Positions 1-7,870 of a stretch of 22,174 nucleotides of DNA are shown one piece after another (the stretch's first letter is position 1; each line of letters opens with the position of its first letter). The DNA comes from Octopus sinensis. Lineage: Eukaryota. Below the pieces are notes generated by a model. That model worked only from the letters and a program-made list of their open reading frames with translations. It was not told where the DNA came from and did no database searches. The stretch spans positions 1 to 22,174 of the forward strand of contig NW_021823878.1 of the NCBI RefSeq assembly GCF_006345805.1, given 5' to 3'. The position numbers and the translations under genes were made by a program.

Positions 1-2342
1 GGACTGGAGATGACGGAAAGCTCGAAGAATGGTGCGTTGGAGACGTAGGGTCGTGGGGTGGTAAGTGAGGGGAAAAGGGAGGCGGGAGACTACAGGGCGG
101 GTTCGGGGAGAGGGAGAGAGAGAGCAGATACACGGTCCACGGACCGTGCTCTAGCAAGGGGCGGTGTGGATAGTGGTGAGGGGTATCCACGTAGGGTGAA
201 GTGGTGAGCCATACGTTGAGACTGAGTCTCAAAGTCATGGTCGTCACTACAGAGCCTACGTAGACGGAGGAATTGGGAATAGGGGATGGAAAGCTTGGGG
301 TGTTCTGGGTGGGAGGAAGAGAAGTTGAGGTATGAGTGTGAGTCTGTGTGTTTGTAGTGAATGGAGGTGGTAAGAGTGGAGTGAAGAATGCTAACCGAAA
401 TGTCGAGGAAGGAGACAGAGGTGTTGGAGATAGTGGAAGTGAAGTGGAGGGCAGGATGGAAAGATTGGCGACGAAAGAGAGAGGAAGGAATCTAGATGTT
501 CGCGGGAGAGTGAGGTGGCACCGATAATGTCGTCAATGTAACGACCATATAGTTCAGGAGTGGGACCAGTGAAATTAGAGAATATTTGGGCCTCAACATA
601 GCCAACGAACAGGTTCGCATAGTTGGGGCCCATTCGCGTTCCCATGGCCAATCCCGAGACCTGATGGTAGAACTCGCCCGCGAACGAGAAGCAGTTCAGA
701 GTAAGGACAAGTTCGGCCAGACGAATGAGTGTGGAGGTGTCAGGTACAGGGTTAGAGCGGAGGTCAAGAAAGTGTCGAAGGGCCTGCAGTCCTTCGTGGT
801 GAGGGGATAACAGTATAGAGGCTTTGGGATGTCCATAGTAAAAAGGATTTTGGAGGAGCCGGGAGGAAAGGAGAAAGAGTTGAAAAGCCGGAGAGCATGG
901 TTGTTGATATCGTGGATGTGGGAGGGAAGAGATGCTACTAGGGGGGCAAGGACACGGTCGAGGTATTTAGAGATGAGCTCCGTGGGGCAGTTACAGGCGG
1001 AGACGATGGGGCGGCCAGGGTTGTTGGGTTTGTGGATTTTGGGGAGGAAGTAAATGGTGGGGGTACGTGGGTTCGCATAATTAGGTTGGATGCGGTGCGG
1101 GGGAGACGGAGGACGACGAGATGAGGTCGTGGACAGTAGAGGATACCGTCTGTTGGTAGCTACGTGTGGGGTTAGAGGACAGAGGGGAATAGAAGGAGGG
1201 TGTCATTGAGTTGGCGGAAAGCCTCGGCCCTATAGAGGTCCGCGCGCCACACCACTACAGCTCCACCCTTGTCAGCCGGTTTGATGATAATGTCAGCGCG
1301 CCGTTGGAGGGAACGAAGAGCCAAGAGCTCAGCCGGGGAGATGTTGAGGCGGCGTTGGCGCCGAAAAGTTGAACCGCTCCAATGCACGCGACAAGCGCCC
1401 GCGAAAAGATCCACTGCTAGGATCTGGCCAGGGGCAGGGCGTCCACGGGGATGGTCGGCGGCCCAGGCCAGTGAAGCAGTCCTCTTCTTGGGTGGGGTGG
1501 CGATGCGTCGTTGGTAATGCGCACCCAACCGGACACGGCGCACAAAGCTGTGGACATCAACTCGCGTCTGGAATTCCTTACAGGATGGAGTGAGGGGAAT
1601 GAAAACGCAGACCCCTACCAAGGACGGAGCGTTCAGCCGCAGAGAGGGAAGATCGGGGGGAATGGTAACAACAGACGGAAGTGGAGAAGGGGTGGGTGGA
1701 ATAGAAGTAGGAGGGGTGGTAGGTCTCGTGGAGGTCTGAGGGGGAGGGATTGGGGAGGTGTGTGTGGGGTGGTGGGGGGGCAGTAGGGTTAGGTGTAGGT
1801 GGATGGAGCCTATCGGGAGGGAGAAGGGTGGTGAGGAGGTTGGGGTGGTAGGTGGCGTCGGGTAGGTGGAATGGAAGAGTGATGGAGGTTACGAAGTTTG
1901 GTATCAGAAAGAAATGATGGAAGAGGTGATTCAAATGGATAATGAAGCGTAGCGTGTTGGAGCATAGAGAGGCGGCAGAGAGGAGAAGAAGGTGGAGAAA
2001 GCAGGAGGAAGAAGGCGGTTGATGGCATGTAGGTTGGAGAGATTGGAGCGAATGGTGGTGGGAGAAGCCGGTGGCCGCATAGGCGGTAAGATGTGGTGCG
2101 GAGTATGGGTAAGATGGAAGAATCCGAGTGGAGAGCAGGGGGAAGTGGAGGCGGAAAAACTTTAGGGATGAGTCGGTGATGTAGGCAGCGGCTTAGGAAA
2201 GAGACATGGCTAGAGAAGCGGGTTTTTTTAAAAAGAAGTAGAGAGAGATTAACGGGCGGCTGAAGGCAATATACAGAAGAGAACGGAGATGATCCTTCAA
2301 ACGGTGATGGAAGGTGAGGAGGTAGGACCTAGGATCCGGCAT
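1..2342 (-). pseudogene. Frameshifted PLE pol ORF (N-terminal domain, Pro/His-rich linker, reverse transcriptase, thumb); the expected C-terminal GIY-YIG endonuclease would lie off-window
   Basis: Candidate ATG at 2342-2340 (MPDPRSYLL...). ORF-track pieces 2193-2396, 1810-2028, 1578-1934, 1172-1621 and 391-651 are fragments of one reading frame broken by 1-nt indels. The N-terminus reconstructs as KTRFSSHVSFLSRCLHHRLIPK; the last in-window residues are RLPFPLTYHPTTLRLQRTILRAFRHLQS. Confidence 0.87.
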
Positions 2343-2730
2343 GATGGGATAGCGGGAAAAAAACGTTCGAAAAAAAAACAAAAAAAACAAAAACAAAAAT
2401 TATTGTATGAAAAAATAGAAAAAAAGGATACCGAAAAAAGGAAAAAAACAAACGTTCAAAAAACAAAAAAAATAATAATCGTATGAAAAACTAGATAAGT
2501 AAACGATAGGGGCAGAAAAGACGGGGCAAACGGAAAAGGGAAAGAAAGAAGGGAAGCAGAGAGAGGGGGAGGCAAAAAAAAAGGGGTGCAGGCAGAGGAA
2601 ACGGAGTATGGACATCCAGAGAGGAAGAAAGAAAGACGGAAAGGAGAACAAAAATGCAGGAAAATGTGGAAAGCATGAAATGAATGTAAAAAAAATAGTA
2701 ATATAAGAGAAAATAAAAATACAACAAACG
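2343..2730. other. Low-complexity A/G-rich tract (pyrimidine-rich on the minus strand); probable PLE 5' leader
   Basis: Long A runs and GA-rich sequence lie directly upstream of the PLE ATG with the same strand skew as the PLE ORF. Assignment to the PLE is inference. Confidence 0.6.
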
Positions 2731-2930
2731 GGACAGTTTATGCGAACAAGTTCAAGGTTGAAAGTTCAAGGTGAGAAATGTGTAGACGTCGTGGTATATT
2801 TTTTTAAGGATTTCACATCAATGCAAAGTCACTTTGATCCGCGAAAGAGAGGTGCAGCCAATGGTAAGTATCCAAGAGGTAAAGAAAATCCAAGGTAGAG
2901 GTAAGTGTTGATAGTGGTATTGGTATACAA

Positions 2931-3403
2931 GCCACTACGGTTATTAATGTAAAGTCTTCCTCAAATCACTCTCTTGCTATTTACTCTCTTCCAAGAACAT
3001 TTTCACTCACTCTTATCTCTTTAGCTTCCCATACATTTTACTCATGTATCTATCAGCGTCATAGACAAAACAAATATTACATCGCCATCGCCATCGCATT
3101 CTATTGTCTACCTGTCAACACACACACACGTGAATAGTTTCAGTTTATTCGTTGCACACTGTGTGTGTGCGTTTGCGTGTGCTGTAGCCCAAACTAAGAA
3201 AAGCATTTGACATATACACCACAATGTGAGTTTTCTCTAAATTTTGCTAATTGGGGTTTGAAATTTTAAAAAACCGGACCTGGCAAAACCCGATGCATTC
3301 TACTCTTAAAGATGCTAGGTAATTGTAATTGAAGAAATCATATATTGTAGATTTCTATAAGAGACAAAGGGAGGCAGATAAAATCTGCCTTTTATAATAA
3401 AGA
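2931..3403 (-). mobile_element. Partial non-autonomous Helitron-like element (5' TC terminus at 3403; no 3' end found)
   Basis: 3138-3400 aligns by eye to 4810-5071, including an identical caaagggaggcagataaaatctgccttttataataa. The minus strand begins A|TCTTTATTATAAAAGG next to (TA)8. Confidence 0.6.
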
Positions 3404-3419
3404 TATATATATATATATA

Positions 3420-5075
3420 CTAGCAGTATCGCCCGGCGTTGCTCGGGTTTGTTTCGACCCGCTGGAATTGTAATTTGAAAAGTAAAAATTTTGTGAACAT
3501 TTTTCTGGTCGAAATACACCGAAAAGTGGCGACACAGCGTGAAAAAATCGTAAAAAATAGGGATTTTCATAGAAAAAAGCATCTTTTTGATGTAAATAAT
3601 TTTTGGTGTTAACATGGTCCGATTTGAATTTTATGTTCTACGGAAGGAAGAGCAACCCTTCTTCTACCATACTCTCAATTTTGGTCAACTTGCGCCGCAG
3701 GGTCTCGGAGGAGATAGTGTTAGTTGAAGGTTACCATTCTAGGTGCCTGAGTAACAACCTCGCGGATTTACAGATAAATGAATTAATTACTATTTTACAG
3801 AATAAAATTAAATAATTCTTGAAAATTAATTAATATTAATATTTTTTGAACAAAGTAAATAATTTTTAAAACTTAAATAATAATTTTTTTTACACAAACG
3901 CGAACGGGGAAAAGGGGTGGCGAATTCAATTTACATACCTAAATTTTTTCTTTTTCATGAGATTGTAGCAAAATAGTAGTGAATTATATAAATACCAGCA
4001 GTAAATTTTTTTTTCTGGGGTATTTTTTTTCAACCTCGTCACATATTTGCCCCTTTCAATTTAAACAAAGTCTTAATTAAGCAATTACGGCAGCTTAGCA
4101 ATGGTTTCAATACAGGCGTGACATGTGTATCTCAATTGTTCAAAACCCTTCGAATTTTTCGCACGTGATGATATCATAGTAAAAACTTCAATTACGCGCG
4201 CTTAGAAGTACGCTCGCAAATTAATACTACCAAAATTTTGAAGTTCGCGCCCGCTGTTGTGTGTGTGTGTGTCGTGCTTTAGGTGTACGTAGGTATGTGT
4301 TTTTTGTGGTGTGTGTCACTGAAGCCATACATATATACATACATAACCTCTCTCTCTCTTTTCTCTCTCAGTCACTCACTACAAAAAGTGAAAAAAAAAG
4401 TTCAGTTATTCTGTCTTTCACTCTGTCTGTCTCTTTACACACACTAACAAAAGCACTTCACTTACACACCACACTTTCTGTGTCGCACAACCCATCAAAC
4501 ACACACACACACAACACACACACTCACGCACGCAACATGTACATCAATGCTTTCGGAGTGAAATGTTAAAATATTGAGTTTTCTCGAATTTTGTCTTAAT
4601 TGGGGGTGAAATTGAAAGAAATATATTATGGCATGACCGAATGGAGTACTTTGAAAAATCTTAGGTAAACTCTAATTGAAGAAATTGTGTGAGAGAGTAA
4701 ATCGTTATGTATTTATTTGTTTCTGTTGCTGTGTTTTTTTATTTTTTGAGTAGTAGTGTGTTTAAATACTTTCAGTTTAGTCTTCCTCAAATCACTCTGT
4801 CGCTATTACTTTCATTTTATTCGTGCACACTGTGTGTGTGCGTGTGCGTGTGGTGTAAACCACATTAAGAAAAGCATTTGACATACACACCAGAATGTGA
4901 GTTTTCTGTAAATTTTGCTTAATTGGAGTTTAAATTTTAAAAACTGGACCTGGCATGACCCGATGCATTCTACTCTTAAAAATGCTAGGTAAATTGTAAT
5001 TGAAGAAATCCTATATTGTAGATTTCTATAAGTTACAAAGGGAGGCAGATAAAATCTGCCTTTTATAATAAGAGA
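3420..5075 (-). mobile_element. Apparently complete 1656-bp non-autonomous Helitron-like element
   Basis: On the minus strand the 5' end is A|TCTCTTATTATAAAAGG (5075) and the 3' end is a GC hairpin CCCGAGCAACGCCGGG (3447-3432), an 8-nt spacer, then CTAG|T (3423-3420). It sits between A and T in TA tracts with no separate TSD. TC...hairpin-CTRR termini and A|T insertion are established Helitron hallmarks. There is no RepHel ORF. Confidence 0.75.
4575..4686. repeat. Diverged internal copy of the ~110-bp Helitron subterminal module
   Basis: tgagttttctcgaattttgtcttaattgggggtgaaatt...tggcatgaccga...ttaggtaaactctaattgaagaaat parallels 4898-5010 and 3227-3338. Confidence 0.7.
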
Positions 5076-5284
5076 TATATATATATACCGCTTGGATCGC
5101 TTTCAATGCCACTACGTCCCGTCCGATTCGCTCCAAAATTTACAGGGACATGTAGAAATAGGTGACGAAGCTCGTGGGCTACCTTAGAAATCCCTATCTT
5201 AAAAGGTTGTGGTTGCTAGGGGCATCTCTCCTCACTCACGCTATTTCCTCCTACCCTCTCACTCCCCTTTATGTATAACTTTGA

Positions 5285-5430
5285 TAGATCCACTACCGTT
5301 ATTAAAGTATCTGTCACTCTCGCTATATCCTCTCTTTTTCACTCACTCTGTTTCTACCTTCCCATTACATCGGCGTTCTTTTACGTATCTGTCTGTCACC
5401 AACAACACACGAGCATGAGAACAAATATTA
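5285..5430. repeat. Diverged relic homologous to 2931-3080
   Basis: Ordered shared words: ccactac(g/c)gttattaa, tcactctc..gctat, ttttcactcactct, cttccca, gtatct(a/g)tc, aacaaatatta. Confidence 0.55.
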
Positions 5431-5462
5431 TGAATCAGATATTCTTGCGTTCATTTATATGT

Positions 5463-5634
5463 ATGTGTGTGTGGGTGTTCTATATATAAATATGTATATA
5501 TAATGTATGTGTGTGTGTGTGTTCTATATATGAATATGTATATATAATGTATATGTGTGTGTGTGTTCTATATATAAATATGTATATATAATATATGTGT
5601 GTGTGTTCTATATATAAATATGTATATATAATGT
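5463..5634. repeat. 40-44-bp compound minisatellite, 4 units: (TG)n-TTC-(TA)n-AATATGTATATATAATG
   Basis: The gttcta anchor occurs at 5477, 5521, 5565 and 5605; two more units occur at 6621 and 6673. Confidence 0.85.
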
Positions 5635-5834
5635 ATATATACAAAGTGTATATATCTGTAGTTATGTATATTAAACTTTCTCATTACTTTTTCATAGTTA
5701 TATATATTTTTAAACAAATTATAAATATAATTTAATAATTTTATTTTCAATTTAATTTAAATTTTTCTATTTTATATTTTCTATATTATATTTTTTTATG
5801 TTTTTTTTTGGTTTTTCACTGTTTGATTTGCCTA
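5635..5834. repeat. Direct repeat, copy 1 (pairs with 6701-6850)
   Basis: tatatacaaagtgtatatatct...ttcatagttatatatatttttaaacaaattataaa...ttcactgtttgatttgccta occurs twice; copy 2 lacks about 50 bp. Confidence 0.85.
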
Positions 5835-6017
5835 AAAATTCCATTTTTCACTTTTATGATTATACCCAGAGTGCTCTAATCGAATATGAACTGTCTTCCC
5901 ATTGGCGGACGTTTGTCTTTTTTTTTTGAAACGAACACAGCCCCTCTTCGTTTTAAAACAATAAAACAATACTACCTAATACATTGGTCCAACAAACAAA
6001 ACATCACCCACTCTCAT

Positions 6018-6140
6018 TCTTTTATGTATCTGAGAATGTGTGTCTGTCTGTCTGTGTGTTTCCCTAAAACTTGAGAACTACACAACCAATTTCATTCAAA
6101 TTTTACACATGACTTACTTAGGGTATAAGGAGTGTGTTGA
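6018..6140 (+). mobile_element. Possible 5' fragment of a Helitron/HINE-like non-autonomous element on the plus strand
   Basis: TC-start AT-rich leader, then (TGTC)n microsatellite, then caaccaatttcattcaaattttacacat. This architecture resembles the 5' ends of invertebrate non-autonomous rolling-circle elements, from recall only. The base before TC is T, not A. Confidence 0.35.
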
Positions 6141-6143
6141 GCT

Positions 6144-6298
6144 GGGCTCTGGGTGCCATTGGGCTCACTGTCCACGGCTACGAGACCACAGTGAGCGCTA
6201 TGGCGACCAGAGCTCGCCCTGGGCGCCATTGGGCTCACTGTCCACGGCTACGAGACCACAGTGAGCGCTATGGCGACCAGAGCTCGCTCTGGTCGCCA
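6144..6298. repeat. GC-rich 70-bp tandem repeat (about 2.2 units); each unit is a long imperfect inverted repeat
   Basis: 6149-6218 recurs at 6219-6288. Arms 6144-6171 and 6188-6215 pair at 23/28 Watson-Crick positions around a 16-nt loop. 6271-6283 and 6286-6298 form a perfect 13-bp inverted repeat. Confidence 0.95.
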
Positions 6299-6597
6299 CA
6301 GCTTCACGAGGGAGGGAAGAAAGGAGATAAGCAACACAGGTGCAGGCGTGAGCATGGACGCCAACTCGCCGCCATCGACACACGAAAAAATATGCGTTAA
6401 AATGGAAAAAGAAATGATGTTAATTATTTTTAAAATAGACTCACCGTAGACGCGCGCTAATACCCAGACGGGCTCGATATGAATCACAGCTATAAGGTAC
6501 CCGAATTTGGTTAAACTGCACCGCAAAATGTGGGAGTAGTTAGGAATCTAAACGTAGGAGACAGACAATCACACAACTACAGTTTTATATATATAGA
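6299..6597 (-). mobile_element. 5' portion of a second Helitron-like family (TC terminus at 6597)
   Basis: The minus strand begins A|TCTATATATATAAAACTGTAGTTGTGTGATTGTCTGTCTCC, a TC start with AT-rich leader and TGTC microsatellite. No hairpin-CTRR end was found. Confidence 0.45.
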
Positions 6598-6700
6598 TAT
6601 GTATATATAAGGATGTGTGTGTTCTATATATAAATATGTTATATAATGTATGTGGTGTGTGTGTGTGTGTGTGTTCTATATATAAATATGTATATTATGT

Positions 6701-6850
6701 ATATATACAAAGTGTATATATCTTTATTTATGTATGTTAAACTTTTCATACTTTTTCATAGTTATATATATTTTTAAACAAATTATAAAATAATTTATAA
6801 TTTTTATTTTCAATTTGTGTTTGGTTTTTTTTCACTGTTTGATTTGCCTA
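6701..6850. repeat. Direct repeat, copy 2 (pairs with 5635-5834)
   Basis: Same sequence as copy 1 with an internal ~50-bp deletion after caattt; preceded by two minisatellite units (6612-6700). Confidence 0.85.
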
Positions 6851-6922
6851 TTAGTGGTTTTATCTCTAATTTAATTTATACAGATCTATATCTCATTTGT
6901 ATACATTTGTATATATAATGCG

Positions 6923-6990
6923 TGCACACACACACAACCACACACACACACATATATATATATACACATATATATATATATATATATATA
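6923..6990. repeat. Compound (CA)n/(TA)n microsatellite
   Basis: Directly visible. Confidence 0.9.
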
Positions 6991-7228
6991 ATGTGTGCAT
7001 TAGGTAGTCGGTCGATTCAGCTGAAAATATGCATACCTATGTTAAAAGTGCTGGCAAGTTTGCATGACAACTATTTTTTTCCTCAAATGAAAGGCTTCAC
7101 ATCTAGGACAAAATTCCTCATCTTATAAAATGTGGCCCCAGTAGACCCGAATGAAATCGGGTTATGTTAACCAAAATGTGAAAAGTGGTCTAAATGGGGC
7201 TGGAATGGGATTAAAATTTAAAGGAGCG

Positions 7229-7513
7229 GGTGTTTAGGAATTCTCTGTTACATCAAGCTAAAAAATTTGCGCCAGCCTTTTAATCGTCAATGTGTTGCCG
7301 TCCATGATAAAGAGTCCATGATAAAGAGTCCATGGTGAGTCTACTGTCGTGAGAAAGAATCACTTCAAAACTTGGTGTTTACGAATTTTCTTTTACATCA
7401 AGTTGAAAATTTTACGCCAGTCGTTAAACTGTCACTACGTTGCTGTCCGTCGTTAAGAAGTGCCAGCCATGGTGACTCTACTATCCTCAGATTCTATCAC
7501 TTCAAACTTTGGT
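7229..7513. repeat. Diverged ~140-145-bp tandem duplication with a nested 14-bp exact repeat
   Basis: ggtgttta(g/c)gaatt..ttacatcaag..cgccag..gttgc..ccatggtga(g/c)tctact..atcacttcaaa starts at 7229 and 7374. gtccatgataaaga occurs at 7300 and 7314, with a partial copy at 7328. Confidence 0.75.
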
Positions 7514-7692
7514 TTCCAATATTTTACTATTTTTCTTCAGCTCGCAAGTCCGTCTGTCCCTCCCTTTTAAATGTTAGCATTTTGCTGTCTGCCTTGAAGC
7601 AGACTTTTCCATTATCACTGCCTCATATTCTGATTGATCTTTCTAAATATTTTATTTTTCAAATTACTCAAGATCTTCTGTTGTTTATAAAT

Positions 7693-7800
7693 GTGAGAGA
7701 GATAGATAAAGATAGAGAGTAAGAGAAAGCGAGGAAGAGTCCGAGAGATAAGAAAACTAAGAGAGTGGGAAAGTGAGAGAGAAAGGAGAGAGAAGAAAAA
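7693..7800. repeat. GA-rich low-complexity tract
   Basis: Degenerate (GA)n/(GATA)n purine run. Confidence 0.6.
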
Positions 7801-7810
7801 GATACGGAAA

Positions 7811-7870
7811 ATCATCATCACCATCATCATGGTTTAACGCCCGTTTTCCGTGCTAGCAAGGCTTGGACAG
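7811..7870 (-). mobile_element. Short 3' tail fragment of a non-LTR retroposon (SINE/LINE) ending in (GAT)n
   Basis: The minus strand reads ctgtccaagccttgctagcacggaaaacgggcgttaaacc followed by degenerate (ATG/GAT)n. It resembles abundant retroposon tails I recall from cephalopod genomes; not verified. Confidence 0.45.

Larger units (their letters stand above)
1..2760 (-). mobile_element. Penelope-like retroelement (PLE), Neptune-like; continues beyond the left edge; right boundary uncertain (about 2350-2930)
   Basis: Manual minus-strand translation across frameshifts gives ordered PLE RT motifs: LSAAERSVLGRGLRF (~1610-1650), IIIKPADKGGAVVVW (~1245-1290), YFLPKIHKPNNPGRPIVSAC (~995-1052), LFTMDIxSLYTVIPH (~800-845), YHQVSGLAMGTRMGPNYANLFVG (~601-670), YGRYIDDI (~525-550), FLDI, YKHTDSHSYL, SIPYSQFLRLRRLCSDD and RGYP (~185-410). 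The GxAMGTRMxPxYANLF form and the SQFLRLRRxCS domain match what I know of Neptune-type rather than Poseidon-type PLEs; the clade call is inference. Confidence 0.9.

Noticed and set aside
1784-1793. TAGGGTTAGG as a telomeric repeat linked to the PLE
   Set aside because: It is under two units long inside a G-rich coding linker and is expected by chance.
586-2486. Plus-strand ORFs (586-810, 829-1053, 1269-1517, 1369-1593, 1511-1786, 2289-2486)
   Set aside because: They are antisense shadows of the PLE and its leader; the G/A-rich strand lacks stops for compositional reasons and shows no recognisable motifs.
2760-2930. Hammerhead ribozyme expected near a PLE pseudo-LTR
   Set aside because: I found no CTGANGA...GAAA core with flanking helices. 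The closest match, minus-strand TTGATGTGAAA (2821-2811) beside the caaagt-g-actttg palindrome, breaks conserved core positions. A covariance-model search would settle it.
3420-5075. Autonomous Helitron or captured gene
   Set aside because: There are no HUH Rep or helicase motifs, and the ORFs at 3355-3615, 3603-3815 and 4261-4569 are short or low-complexity.
6040-6526. Overlapping ORFs on both strands around the 70-bp repeat
   Set aside because: They are open only because the region is GC-rich and repeated, several use non-ATG starts, and no protein family is recognisable.
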